Positions 18,100 through 28,163 of a DNA stretch of 64,000 bases are shown one piece after another (within the stretch, counting starts at the first letter, position 1; every line of letters starts with the position of its first letter). The DNA comes from Abditibacterium sp. GTDB lineage: Bacteria; Armatimonadota; Abditibacteriia; Abditibacteriales; Abditibacteriaceae. Made by a program: the position numbers and the translations under genes. The notes beneath the pieces are model-generated. The model saw nothing but the letters and a program-made list of their open reading frames with translations. It was not told where the DNA came from and ran no database searches. The stretch covers positions 1,664,001-1,728,000 of the forward strand of contig OZ251992.1 of assembly GCA_965246885.1 (NCBI GenBank), written 5' to 3'.

Positions 18100-18978
18100 A
18101 TGCAAGAACCTCTCGACCCTGCGGCCATTGCCGCGCCCGAAGCTGACCAGAGCGGCGCGCACGTCGCGGCCCCCGATGTCGCGTATCTGCGCTGCGCCAT
18201 CGTCAACGTCGCCTTTCTCGGCGAACCCAACAAGGAGGGCTGGGTGCTGGTGGACGCTGGCATCCCCGGCATGGCGGGGCGCATTGCGCGCGCCGCGCAG
18301 GAACGCTTTGGCGCCGATTCCCGGCCCGCCGCCATCATCCTCACGCACGGCCACTTCGACCACGTCGGCTCCCTCGAAAAGCTGGCCGCGCTCTACAACG
18401 TGCCCATCTACGCCCACCCCATCGAGTTCCCCTACCTGACCGGCGGGGCCGCGTATCCGCCGCCCGACCCGATGGTCGGCGGCGGCATGATGTCGCTCCT
18501 CTCGCCGCTTTATCCGCGCCAACCGATAGACGTTTCGCGCCATCTCCAGCCGCTCCCCGCCGATGGGAGTCTCCCGCATCTGCCGGGTTGGAAATGGATT
18601 TTGGCGCCCGGTCACACCCCCGGCCAAGTCGCGTTGTGGCGCGAGTCGGACAAGACTTTACTTCCCGCCGACGCTTTCATCACGACCGCGCAGGAATCGG
18701 CCTATGCCGCCGCGACGCAAAAGCCGGAAATGCACGGCCCACCGATGTACTTCACGCAAGACTTCGCCGCCGCCGCCAACTCGGTGCGCGAGTTAGCCGC
18801 CTTGGAACCAGAGTTAGTCGTGCCCGGTCACGGCCAAGCGATGCAAGGCGCGGAGATGCGCGCCGCACTCCATGCCCTCGCGCGCGACTTCGAGCAAGTC
18901 GCCGTTCCCACGCACGGCCATTACGTCGCCCACCCCGCAAAAGCCGAAGACGGCTCCGCTTACGAGATACCCAAGTAG
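18100..18978 (+). CDS. MBL-fold metallo-hydrolase
   Basis: LVDAG, THGHFDHVG, PGHTPG, PGHG. Confidence 0.92.
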   Translation: MQEPLDPAAIAAPEADQSGAHVAAPDVAYLRCAIVNVAFLGEPNKEGWVLVDAGIPGMAGRIARAAQERFGADSRPAAIILTHGHFDHVGSLEKLAALYNVPIYAHPIEFPYLTGGAAYPPPDPMVGGGMMSLLSPLYPRQPIDVSRHLQPLPADGSLPHLPGWKWILAPGHTPGQVALWRESDKTLLPADAFITTAQESAYAAATQKPEMHGPPMYFTQDFAAAANSVRELAALEPELVVPGHGQAMQGAEMRAALHALARDFEQVAVPTHGHYVAHPAKAEDGSAYEIPK

Positions 18979-18995
18979 CAGTGCGCCAACAACAC

Positions 18996-19032
18996 AAAAA
19001 AAAAATGGGCGAAGCCAATGCTTCGCCCATTT
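18996..19032 (-). terminator. Terminator downstream of tRNA (likely bidirectional)
   Basis: aaatgggcgaagc/gcttcgcccattt stem with A10 run (U-tract on minus strand). Confidence 0.8.
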
Positions 19033-19038
19033 CTCGTA

Positions 19039-19112
19039 TCGGGATAGCCGGATTTGAACCGACGACCTCTTGACCCCCAGTCAAGCGCGCTACCAAGCTG
19101 CGCCATATCCCG
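19039..19112 (-). tRNA. tRNA-Pro (anticodon GGG), CCA not encoded
   Basis: CGGGATA/TATCCCG acceptor stem, CTTGA-CTGGGGG-TCAAG anticodon arm, GGTTCAAATCC T-loop. Confidence 0.96.
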
Positions 19113-19126
19113 TTTCTAACCATGAG

Positions 19127-19155
19127 AGCATAAAGCGCGCGCGGTCAAAAGTCAA
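19127..19155 (-). promoter_or_regulatory. Sigma70-type promoter of tRNA-Pro
   Basis: TTGACT-17 nt-TATGCT on minus strand. Confidence 0.65.
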
Positions 19156-19610
19156 GGTGCGGCGCTTTCGAGGTGGCGTTTGAGGGCTTGGGTTCGCCCT
19201 TCGAGAAAGCCGCGCAGATGCCATGCGACGACGGGGGCGGCCAACTTTCCCAATGGGCCAAAGGGGGCGGTGAACTCGATGGTGTCGCGCATGCGGGTTT
19301 GATTTTCGCCGAATGCCACGAAGTGGTGGGTGTGCCGGAAGTGGGCGAATGGCCCGCGCGTTTGCTCGTCCACAAAACAAAAGGGTGGGGCGAAGTGGGT
19401 GACTTGCGCCGTGAGTTGCAAGCGCACGCCGAAATGGGCGGCGGAAAAAGTGACCCATTCGCCCTCGCCAATCAAGCCTTTGATTCGTCCCGCGACCGCG
19501 CGCTCGCCGGTATTGGCGGCGAGGCGGCAGTGCAAGCCGATGTCGCGCGCCGCGTCGAAGCACGCCCCGACCGGAGCGTGGATGAGGGTTTGGATTTCGA
19601 GGCGCGGCAC
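19152..19610 (-). CDS. SRPBCC family protein
   Basis: T.IHAP...CFD.ARDI.LH, FVDEQ.RGPF..F.H.H.F, MRD...F.AP.G.LG; start GTG 19610. Confidence 0.85.
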   Translation of the reverse strand: MPRLEIQTLIHAPVGACFDAARDIGLHCRLAANTGERAVAGRIKGLIGEGEWVTFSAAHFGVRLQLTAQVTHFAPPFCFVDEQTRGPFAHFRHTHHFVAFGENQTRMRDTIEFTAPFGPLGKLAAPVVAWHLRGFLEGRTQALKRHLESAAP

Positions 19611-19649
19611 GGCTTCAGTTTGGCGCGGGAGAGCGTGGCCGCGTCCGTT

Positions 19650-19772
19650 CACCCATTCCCAGACGTCTGGGAATGGGTGGCGGATGTCTGGGAATGGATG
19701 GCGCACGGCGGCGAGCGCGTGGCGGACGTCTGGGACGCGACGGCAGACGTCTGGGACGCGACGGCGGACGTC
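19650..19772. repeat. 21-nt-period intergenic array beginning with a perfect 30-bp palindrome
   Basis: cacccattcccagacgtctgggaatgggtg (19650-19679); gacgtctggga... units at 19662, 19683, 19725, 19746, 19767. Confidence 0.85.
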
Positions 19773-19962
19773 ATTTGTGCCGCGAAATTCCGCTTTTTCC
19801 CGGCGCGCGGGTTCCGGGCTTTATCGAAAGGGGCAACTCCCAGTGTGATTCCACACATTAGTAAACGTGTGATTGGGCGGGGAGCGAAGCCTTTACACTT
19901 TCTCTCGTTCCCGACACACCTCCCGCACTCCCTGTGCGGCCCCGTAACGGGGACGGCCTTTT

Positions 19963-22005
19963 ATGCCCGCCACCGCTTCGCGCCCATCCGAGTTTTTCTC
20001 GGTGGCGCGCTCCACTCCCGACGAGCCGGACGCTCGCACGCCTTCCCAGAGAAGGTTCGCGCGCTTCGGGTGGTTCATGCTCGCTTACACCCTCATGGTT
20101 ATTTTGTGGGGCGTGTTTCTGCGCGCGTCGGGGTCGGGCGCGGGGTGCGGGGTGGATTGGCCTTCGTGCGGCGGCGTGTTCGTGCTTTCTGCGGGCGCGC
20201 ACCACACGACGCTCATCGAATACGCCCATCGCGCGTCCGATGCGTTGCTCGGCGTGTTGTTGTTGGCGCAGGTGGTCTGGGCGTTCCGCGCGTTCAAGGG
20301 CAAGCATCCGGTACGGTTCGCGGTTATGGGCGCGCTGTTTTTTACCTTCGTCGAGTCGTGGATTGGCGAGAAGTTGGTGGTTAACGGCTACGTCGCGCAC
20401 TCGCTCGCGCCGCAACGATTGGGCTGGTTCGTCGGGCATCAGGTCAACACGCTCCTGTTGGCGACGGCGTTCGCGCTATTGGCGTGGTTCGCATCGGGCC
20501 ATAAGAAGCTGCAACTACGCGGGCAGGGGCCGATGCTGTTTCTTGTGCTCGCCATGCTGGTCGGGGCGTTGGGGTTGTCCGTTACGGGCGCGGCGTCGGC
20601 GCTGGGCGACACCATTTACCCCGCCACGAGCCACCTCGAAGTGATGCAGAAGGCGCTGCTTCCCACCGCGAACACGGTGATGAAAGCCCGGCCCGCGCAT
20701 CCTTATACGGCGGTCGTGGTCGCCATGCTGTTGTGTTTGGGCGCCGGACTACTCAACCATCTGCGCCCGTCCCCGAACACGCGCCGCTTTGCCACGTATG
20801 TTTGGGGATGCTTGGGCTTGCAGATGATTATCGGCTTGGCGAGCGTAGCGCTCCTCGCGCCCATCGGGATGCAAGTGCTTCATAACCTCGGCGCCGATTT
20901 ATTGTGGCTGTCCATTGTGCTGTTGGGTGCCGCTTCTCTCGCGGAGGGCGTGCCGCAAGTCGAGGTGGAGCACATCCCCCTCGCTGTATTGGCAGGCGCG
21001 AAACCGAAGTTGTCCGACTTCGTGGCGCTGACGAAACCGCGCGTCATTTCGCTGCTCTTGTTCACCACGCTGGCGGGCCTCTTTATCGCGGCGGGCGGCT
21101 GGCCGGGACATGGCTTCGGGCACGGCTTGTGGCTGATACTGGCGACGGGGCTGGGGCTGTATGCGGCGGCGGGGGCCTCGAACGCCATCAACATGGTGTG
21201 CGAGCGCGACTTGGATGTGCGCATGGAGCGCACCGCGAGCCGCCCGACCGTGACCGAGAAGATTCACCCGCGCACCGCGCTGTGGTTCGCTTTTGCCTTG
21301 GAAGCGTTCTCGTTCGGGATATTGTGGGCAAGCTCGAACCTCTTGGCGGCGACGCTTGCGCTCGCCGGACTGGTAGTCTACGTGAACGTTTATACCTTGT
21401 TGCTCAAGCGGCGGACGTGGAGCAACATCGTGATTGGCGGGGCGGCGGGGGCGTTTCCGCCGCTCGTTGGCTTTGCGGCGGCGTCAGGGCAGTTATCTTA
21501 TTTGGCGTGGGTATGCTTTGCTCTTGTGTTCGTGTGGACACCCGTGCACTTTTGGGCGCTGGCCATCCTGATAAAGGACGACTACGCCAAAGCGGGGGTG
21601 CCGATGCTGCCCGTCGTGAAGGGCGACCGCTACACGGTGACGCAAATCGGCTGGTATGCCCTCGTCACTGTCGCCTGTTCCTTCTTGCCGCTCCTGCCAA
21701 CGATGGGCGCGGCGGGGTGGGGTTACGCGGTGGCGATGGTGGTTTTGAACGGTTTGTTAGCGCGGGGGTGCGTGCGGCTGAGTCAGCAGATAGACCGTCC
21801 GCGTGCGTCGTCGCTGTTTCATTATTCGATGATTTACCTCGCCCTCTCGTTCTTGGCCTTGGCCATAGACCGGTCGGGGCGATGGGTTGAGTCTTTGGTG
21901 GTGCTGGGCGTGGCGGCGGGCTTCTACTTTTGGAAAGCGCCCAAACAACTGGCATCCGTGTTAAATTGGTTTGGCTCCCTTCTTTCCAAGCCGCAACTGT
22001 CTTAG
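19963..22005 (+). CDS. Fused heme A synthase (CtaA/COX15-like) and heme O synthase (CtaB/CyoE)
   Basis: N-half GAGCGVDWPSC, IEYAHR; C-half LTKPRV, ERDLD..MERT..RP, LKRRT..NIVIGGAAGA.PP, WTP.HFWAL. Confidence 0.88.
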   Translation: MPATASRPSEFFSVARSTPDEPDARTPSQRRFARFGWFMLAYTLMVILWGVFLRASGSGAGCGVDWPSCGGVFVLSAGAHHTTLIEYAHRASDALLGVLLLAQVVWAFRAFKGKHPVRFAVMGALFFTFVESWIGEKLVVNGYVAHSLAPQRLGWFVGHQVNTLLLATAFALLAWFASGHKKLQLRGQGPMLFLVLAMLVGALGLSVTGAASALGDTIYPATSHLEVMQKALLPTANTVMKARPAHPYTAVVVAMLLCLGAGLLNHLRPSPNTRRFATYVWGCLGLQMIIGLASVALLAPIGMQVLHNLGADLLWLSIVLLGAASLAEGVPQVEVEHIPLAVLAGAKPKLSDFVALTKPRVISLLLFTTLAGLFIAAGGWPGHGFGHGLWLILATGLGLYAAAGASNAINMVCERDLDVRMERTASRPTVTEKIHPRTALWFAFALEAFSFGILWASSNLLAATLALAGLVVYVNVYTLLLKRRTWSNIVIGGAAGAFPPLVGFAAASGQLSYLAWVCFALVFVWTPVHFWALAILIKDDYAKAGVPMLPVVKGDRYTVTQIGWYALVTVACSFLPLLPTMGAAGWGYAVAMVVLNGLLARGCVRLSQQIDRPRASSLFHYSMIYLALSFLALAIDRSGRWVESLVVLGVAAGFYFWKAPKQLASVLNWFGSLLSKPQLS

Positions 22006-22028
22006 CAACTACGCAAGTATCGTATCAC

Positions 22029-22718
22029 ATGGCACAACTCTTTCATCCGTCGAGCAACACAATCGCCAAGCTAACGATTGTGGGCGGCGCTTTGGGCGTT
22101 CCGGGCCTTATCGGGGCCGGTTACGCCATTAACATGACCTATGGGTATCAGGTCTATAAGCCCATCGAACAGCCGGTGCAGTTCTCCCATAAGCACCACA
22201 ACTGGGACGACGGCATTGACTGCCGCTACTGCCACACGGCGGTCGAGAAGTCCACGTCGGCGGGCATGCCCGACACGCACACCTGTATGTCGTGCCATTC
22301 GCAGATTTGGTCGGATTCGCCGGAACTTGCGCCGGTGCGCGCCTCCTATATCTCCGGCCAGCCCATCAACTGGAACCGCGTTCACGACCTGCCCGACTTC
22401 GTGTATTTCAACCACTCGGCGCACGTCAACAAGGGCGTGGGCTGCGAGACGTGTCATGGCCGCATTGATCAGGCGCCGCTCGCCATGAAGGTGCACACCA
22501 TGTCCATGCAGTGGTGCCTCGACTGCCATCGCCACCCCGAAAAGTTCGTGCGCCCCAAGGAAGCCGTTTGGACGATGGGCTGGAAGCCTTCTGATGCGGG
22601 CGTCAATCCCGATACGAAGAAGCCGTTCACGCAGATAGAACTGGGCACCAAGCTGGTGCGCAACTACAAAATCGCGCACGAGCGGCAAATCACCGACTGC
22701 TACACCTGCCACCACTAA
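22029..22718 (+). CDS. actA: Alternative complex III pentaheme cytochrome c subunit
   Basis: MAQLFHPS start, QPV.FSH.HH, five CxxCH motifs. Confidence 0.93.
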   Translation: MAQLFHPSSNTIAKLTIVGGALGVPGLIGAGYAINMTYGYQVYKPIEQPVQFSHKHHNWDDGIDCRYCHTAVEKSTSAGMPDTHTCMSCHSQIWSDSPELAPVRASYISGQPINWNRVHDLPDFVYFNHSAHVNKGVGCETCHGRIDQAPLAMKVHTMSMQWCLDCHRHPEKFVRPKEAVWTMGWKPSDAGVNPDTKKPFTQIELGTKLVRNYKIAHERQITDCYTCHH

Positions 22719-22723
22719 TATCC

Positions 22724-22787
22724 AGAGGGGAGAAGCGAGAGGTTGGAGTCCGTGAACCTAACCTCCAACCTCTCGCTTCCCTCCTCT
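22724..22787. other. Long intergenic hairpin between actA and actB
   Basis: Perfect 17-bp stem gaagcgagaggttggag (22732-22748) / ctccaacctctcgcttc (22763-22779), imperfectly extended. Confidence 0.75.
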
Positions 22788-22797
22788 TTCTCCACTA

Positions 22798-25700
22798 ATG
22801 AACTTGATCCAGATTTCCGACAAAGCCGGAAAACCCATCGAAGAGAAGCAGCTTGACGTGGCCAAAGTGCGCGCGAAGCTGGCGTCCAAGCGCGGCCAAG
22901 AGTATTGGCGCTCGTTGGAGGAAGTCGCGGGCGACCCGGACTTCCCGGAAATGCTGCGCCGCGAGTTCCCCATCGCGCCGCGCGATTGGGCGCCCCTGCC
23001 GCGCCGCGACTTCGTGCGGCTGATGGGTGGCGCGCTCGCTTTGGCGGGCTTGTCCGGGTGCGCGTTTCAGCCGCAAGAGAAAATCGTCCCCTTCGTCAAA
23101 GCGCCGGAAGAGCAGGTCGCGGGCATCCCCCTCTTTTACGCGACGGCGGTGCCGTTCATGGGCTATGCGCTGGGTGTGTTGGCGCGCTCGGACGAGGGGC
23201 GCCCGACGAAGATAGAAGGCAACCCCGACCATCCGACTTCGCGTGGTCGCACGGATGTGTGGGCGCAAGCATCGGTGCTGGACATGTGGGATCCTGACCG
23301 CTCGACCGATGTGCGCTTGAGTGGCTCGACTTCGGGTTGGAGCGACATGGCGGGCGTGCTCAACACCACCTTTCAAACGGCCCGTGCCAACGGCGGCGCG
23401 GACTTAGCGTTGCTGACGGGCACCATCACCGCGCCCTCGACGCTCGCTCTGATTAAGGAACTGCAAACGGCGTTGCCGCACATGACGTGGGTGTCGTATG
23501 AACCCATCAACAGCGACAACGTGCGTCAGGGCGCGCTGATGGCGTTTGGCAAGGATGTTCACACGCTATATCACTTCGACCGTGCGAACGTGATTGTCTC
23601 GCTCGACTGCGACTTTCTGCTCGAGGAGCCGGGCCGCGTTGCCCATGCCCGTGACTACATCTCAGGGCGCAAACTAACCGACGACACGGGCAAAGCCAAA
23701 GACGCCAAGGGCGCGACGATGAACCGCTTGTACGTGGTTGAGTCCACCCCGACCATCACCGGCGCGCAGGGCGACCATCGCTTCCCTGTCAAAGCCGCGC
23801 AAGTAGACTCCATTGCCCGCGCTCTGGCGAGCGCGGTTGGCGTGGTGGGAGTGAATTCGGGAACGCTCGATGTCGACACGCAAAAGTGGGTCTCCATCAT
23901 CGCCGACGACTTGAAGGCGCCTGAAAACCGAGGGCGTGTCCTGGTTTGCGCGGGCGCGCACCAACCGGCGGCGGTGCATGCCCTCGCGCACGCCATCAAC
24001 GCGACGCTCGGCTCGGTCGGCGCGTCGGGCGCGGTTTCCTATCACGAACCCATCGAGGGCAACCCGACAATGCACGAGGCGGGTCTGCGCGACCTCATCA
24101 CGGCTATGAATAAGGGGACGATTAAGACCGCCATTATTATAGATGCCAACCCCGCGTATTCGGCGCCCGCCGCGTTGGGCTTCGAGAAGGCCTTGGCGAA
24201 GGTGCAGACCAAGTTCCATATGGGAGCTTACAAGAACGAGACTTCCGTCTTGTGCGACTGGCACGCACCGATGGCGCACTATTTGGAAGCGTGGGGGGAC
24301 GCGCGCTCGGTGGACGGCACGATCTCCATCATCCAACCCATTATTCGTCCCTTGTACGAGGCCGCTCACACGCCCAACGAACTGCTGTCTTCGATGCTGG
24401 GCCGCCAGAACGCGAGCGATTACGACATCGTGCGCGGGCACTACCAAACGCTCTTGACCCGCACGCCCGCGACGCGCTTGCAAGAGGGCCAAGCGGATTT
24501 GGCCTTCGACGCGCGCTGGCAAAAAATCGTCCATCAGGGCCTCCTCGAAGGCACGACGGCACCGGTTGTCGGCGTGACGCTTAGGCCCTTGGCGCTCCCC
24601 GAACCCGCGAAAGTCGGGAGCGGGATGGAAGTCAACTTTCGGCCCGACCCGTCGGTTTGGGATGGGCGCTACGCCAACAATGCGTGGCTGCAAGAACTCC
24701 CCAAAGCGTATTCCAAAATCACGTGGGACAACGCCCTCTTCGTGTCGCCCACGACGGCGCTCAAGAACAAGTGGAGCAACGACCAAGAAGCGACCCTCAC
24801 CCTGAACGGCCAAAGCGTGACGGGCGCCATCTTCATGCTCCCCGGCCAGCCGGACGATGTTGTCACGGTTCACTTGGGCTATGGGCGGCGCGAGGTGGGT
24901 AAGATTGGCGATGGCACGGGCTTCAACGCGAACTTGATTCGGCCCGATGGAGCGTGGTTCGCGTCCGGTGCGACCATCACGCCGACGGGCGGCACCTACA
25001 AAATCGCCACCACCTCGCAGCACAACCTCATCTCCCCCAAGGGGAAGGAGACGACGTGGCAGGACGGAGCGTGGATGGCGAGTAACGACGCCAAGACCAA
25101 GCTCATCAACAACGTCCTCGCGCCCGAAACCAGCGACCTCGACATGGACGGCACGCAGGGCCGCGATGTGGTGCGCGTGGGCACTTTCGATGAGTTCAAA
25201 GCCGGGAAGCTACCGACTTCCATCCACGATAAGATCGGCATCCCGCTCGCATACCCGCAACAGCCGGAGCCGTTCAAGTCGCAGGCTCTTGCCGTAGCAC
25301 CCGACGCCGACCGCTTGGCCGAGAACCGCCAGTTGGCGGGCAACCCCTCGTTTTATCCGCGCGACACCGACACGCAAGGGTTGTTGCGCTTCAAGGACGA
25401 GGGCGTGCAAGCCGAGAAAGAAACCGAGTCCAAGAAGGAAGGGCGCGACGGCGCGACCGAGCAGTGGGGTATGAGCGTGGACTTGCAGTCGTGTATTGGG
25501 TGCAACGCGTGCGTTATCGCGTGCCAAAGCGAGAACAACTCGGCGACCGTCGGCAAAGACCAAGTGCTGATGGGCCGCGAAATGCACTGGATGCGCATAG
25601 ACACCTATATGCGCGGCTCCTTCGAGAACCCGGAAACCTACTTTGAGCCGATGTACTGCCAGCACTGCGAGAAAGCGCCGTGCGCGCCGGTGTGCCCCTT

Positions 25701-26295
25701 CAACGCGGTAATGAACTCGCCTGAAGGTATCAACGAGCAGATTTACAATCGCTGCGTCGGCACCAAATACTGCGAGAACAACTGCCCCTACAAAGTGCGG
25801 CGCTTCAACTTCCTGCAGTACTCCGATCAAATCGGGCCGACCGCGCAACTCATGGCGAACCCCAATGTGACCGTGCGCTCGCGCGGCGTGATGGAGAAGT
25901 GCAACTTCTGCATCCAGCGCGTCACCGCCGCCAAGTGGCAAGCGGTCAAGGAAGGCTCGCGCGACATCCGCGACGGCGAAATCGTCGTCGCCTGCCAGCA
26001 GTCGTGTCCGACCGACGCGCTGTGGTTCGGCGACATCAATGACCCCAAGTCGAAAGTCTCCAACCTCAAGCGCGGCCCGTTCACCTTCGGCATCCTGACC
26101 GAATACAACACCATGCCGCGCGTGACTTACATGGCGCGCTTCAAGAACCCGAACCCCAAGATGGAAGCCATCAATGGGCAAAAGCCCGCCACACTCGAAG
26201 GCGAGCACGAGGGCGAAGGCACCGACCAAAAGTTGCAGTCGCACGAGGCGGGCAACCCCAAGGGCGGGACGGAGGGTGGAGAGGCTAAGCCTTGA
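22798..26295 (+). CDS. actB: Alternative complex III ActB (Tat molybdopterin-oxidoreductase-like plus Fe-S domain)
   Basis: YWRSLEE, RRDF Tat motif with LSGC, GRPTKIEGNPDHP, CIGCNAC..AC, CQHCE.APC..VCP, CVGTKYC.NNCPY, EKC.FC. Confidence 0.95.
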   Translation: MNLIQISDKAGKPIEEKQLDVAKVRAKLASKRGQEYWRSLEEVAGDPDFPEMLRREFPIAPRDWAPLPRRDFVRLMGGALALAGLSGCAFQPQEKIVPFVKAPEEQVAGIPLFYATAVPFMGYALGVLARSDEGRPTKIEGNPDHPTSRGRTDVWAQASVLDMWDPDRSTDVRLSGSTSGWSDMAGVLNTTFQTARANGGADLALLTGTITAPSTLALIKELQTALPHMTWVSYEPINSDNVRQGALMAFGKDVHTLYHFDRANVIVSLDCDFLLEEPGRVAHARDYISGRKLTDDTGKAKDAKGATMNRLYVVESTPTITGAQGDHRFPVKAAQVDSIARALASAVGVVGVNSGTLDVDTQKWVSIIADDLKAPENRGRVLVCAGAHQPAAVHALAHAINATLGSVGASGAVSYHEPIEGNPTMHEAGLRDLITAMNKGTIKTAIIIDANPAYSAPAALGFEKALAKVQTKFHMGAYKNETSVLCDWHAPMAHYLEAWGDARSVDGTISIIQPIIRPLYEAAHTPNELLSSMLGRQNASDYDIVRGHYQTLLTRTPATRLQEGQADLAFDARWQKIVHQGLLEGTTAPVVGVTLRPLALPEPAKVGSGMEVNFRPDPSVWDGRYANNAWLQELPKAYSKITWDNALFVSPTTALKNKWSNDQEATLTLNGQSVTGAIFMLPGQPDDVVTVHLGYGRREVGKIGDGTGFNANLIRPDGAWFASGATITPTGGTYKIATTSQHNLISPKGKETTWQDGAWMASNDAKTKLINNVLAPETSDLDMDGTQGRDVVRVGTFDEFKAGKLPTSIHDKIGIPLAYPQQPEPFKSQALAVAPDADRLAENRQLAGNPSFYPRDTDTQGLLRFKDEGVQAEKETESKKEGRDGATEQWGMSVDLQSCIGCNACVIACQSENNSATVGKDQVLMGREMHWMRIDTYMRGSFENPETYFEPMYCQHCEKAPCAPVCPFNAVMNSPEGINEQIYNRCVGTKYCENNCPYKVRRFNFLQYSDQIGPTAQLMANPNVTVRSRGVMEKCNFCIQRVTAAKWQAVKEGSRDIRDGEIVVACQQSCPTDALWFGDINDPKSKVSNLKRGPFTFGILTEYNTMPRVTYMARFKNPNPKMEAINGQKPATLEGEHEGEGTDQKLQSHEAGNPKGGTEGGEAKP

Positions 26296-26453
26296 GAGAT
26301 ACGGCGTCCTGTGCAAACCCGACTCTCTTCATCGAACTCTGGGCTTGGAGCACGGTCTACCTACTGCAACTGGCCAAAGTGTGGAGAGCGTGAGAAGGGG
26401 CGCGCTTCGATTGGTCTCTAATCGAGCGCTCTCCCTGTGCGTCAGGACAGTTT

Positions 26454-28112
26454 ATGAACCCGTTTAAAAAGCGCTCTGGATCGCTCAAGTCTTCATTTTT
26501 CCAAGTCGCTGCGCTGGCACCTGAAGTGGAAAAGGATTTTCCTGTTGCTTCGGACATCCACCCATCAGCCGTGATTGAGGTGAAAAGCGACGAGTTGCCT
26601 GAAGGAGATTTACTGCCGCCAAGCGTCATCGCTGCGTCTTCGGAATCTGGAGCCAAGGGGCGGTTGTCGAGCAAGATTTACGCGGGCATCAGTTGGAGCC
26701 TGCTCAGTTCCTTCGTCAATCAGGTGCTCAATCTGCTTCGCTCCATCATGTTGGTGCGGTTGCTGTCGTTGGGCGATTTTGGCATTGCGGGCATGGCGGG
26801 AACTGTTCTGGGTGCTTTGTGCGTCTTGACTAACATTGGCGTCGCGGCCTCGGCTTTTACCACGAAGTTTGGCAGCGAAGAAGACCGGCGGCGCTATGTG
26901 GACACGATTTGGACGATTGAACTGGTGCGCGGCTTTTCCATCGGCCTCCTGATGTCGCTCGCTGCTTATCCGACGGCGCTTTTCTACCACAAACCGGATT
27001 TGTTGCCCGTTGTGTTGCTGTTGGCGTGGGTTCCGTTCTTTGGGTCGTTGCGAAACATCGGGCTGAGCTTGACCGCGCGGGATATGCAGTTTGGCCTCCT
27101 GACCTTCGTTGGTTTGGCGGAAAACATCTTCGCGGTGGGCGTCTCCATCTTGCTGGCGTGGCTGATGCACTCCTATTGGGCGCTGGTTTGGGCGCAATTG
27201 GGAGCGGCGCTGTTTGGTTTGGCCCTGTCTTATCTGGTACATCCATACCGCCCGCGCTTGACGTTTGACCGCGCGGCTTTTCTTGAGGGATTGAATTTTG
27301 GTAAGCACGTCTTTTTCATTAGCGCCTCAGGATTCATTGTTACGACTCTGGATAACATCGTGGTGGGACGGGTGCTGGGGGCTGTGGTGCTGGGCACTTA
27401 TCTGATCGCTTTCAGTGCTTCTTCTCTTTTGACCAACGTTGTCAATCAAGTGATGAGTGCTGTCTTCTTTCCAACTTTTGCGCGCATCGGACGCGAGGAC
27501 AAAAGCAAACTTGGCCCGGCCTCCACGCGCGCTTTTACGGTGGGGGCTGCGTTGTTGACGGTGACGACGGCTTTTCTTATTGCCCTTGCACCGGAGTTTC
27601 TGAGTGTGTTGTATCGTCACAAGGGGTTGGGCGCCGTTGATCCTCTCCGCGTTCTAGCTGTGGCCGGGTTTTTCCGCGCGTTGGTCGCCTTACTGAGTTC
27701 GATTTTGATGGGGATGAATCGCCCCGAAATCGAGTCGCGCTGCAAAATTATTGAGGGCGTTGTATTCATTGCGGCGATAATTCCTTTAGTGACTTTTTTC
27801 GGCATGATGGGCGCGGCAGCCACTGGTGTGTTGACGTTTTTTGTTGCCCTGCTTTTGCGCTTCTGGCTGGCTCAAAAAGCTTTCGATGGCGCGCTTAAAT
27901 CGTTGCCCCCACTTTTGGGCATCTCGTTACTGGCCATTGCTGGAGGTTATTTCGTCTGCGATGAGGCTCTCCGGTTGTTGCCGCCTTTTGCGCCCTTGTT
28001 GCGTCTCCTCATTTGCGCTCCCCTGACGATGCTTGTGTCCGGCGCCATTTTTACGCTGTTCCGTCCTCAACTGGTGGGCGAAGCCAAGGGCCTCGTCGCC
28101 AATTTTCGATAA
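26454..28112 (+). CDS. PST/Wzx-family polysaccharide flippase
   Basis: Many TMs; L.RLLS..DFG, YWALV.AQ, DNIVVGR.LG...LG.Y. Confidence 0.85.
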   Translation: MNPFKKRSGSLKSSFFQVAALAPEVEKDFPVASDIHPSAVIEVKSDELPEGDLLPPSVIAASSESGAKGRLSSKIYAGISWSLLSSFVNQVLNLLRSIMLVRLLSLGDFGIAGMAGTVLGALCVLTNIGVAASAFTTKFGSEEDRRRYVDTIWTIELVRGFSIGLLMSLAAYPTALFYHKPDLLPVVLLLAWVPFFGSLRNIGLSLTARDMQFGLLTFVGLAENIFAVGVSILLAWLMHSYWALVWAQLGAALFGLALSYLVHPYRPRLTFDRAAFLEGLNFGKHVFFISASGFIVTTLDNIVVGRVLGAVVLGTYLIAFSASSLLTNVVNQVMSAVFFPTFARIGREDKSKLGPASTRAFTVGAALLTVTTAFLIALAPEFLSVLYRHKGLGAVDPLRVLAVAGFFRALVALLSSILMGMNRPEIESRCKIIEGVVFIAAIIPLVTFFGMMGAAATGVLTFFVALLLRFWLAQKAFDGALKSLPPLLGISLLAIAGGYFVCDEALRLLPPFAPLLRLLICAPLTMLVSGAIFTLFRPQLVGEAKGLVANFR

Positions 28113-28163
28113 CCTTCCTTGGACTTGAGACCTCCAAGCTCAAAAAGACAGTGTTTCTACGTT

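Noticed and set aside
19039..19112. tRNA-Pro as an island integration site
   Set aside because: No integrase and no duplicated tRNA 3' end were seen in the window.
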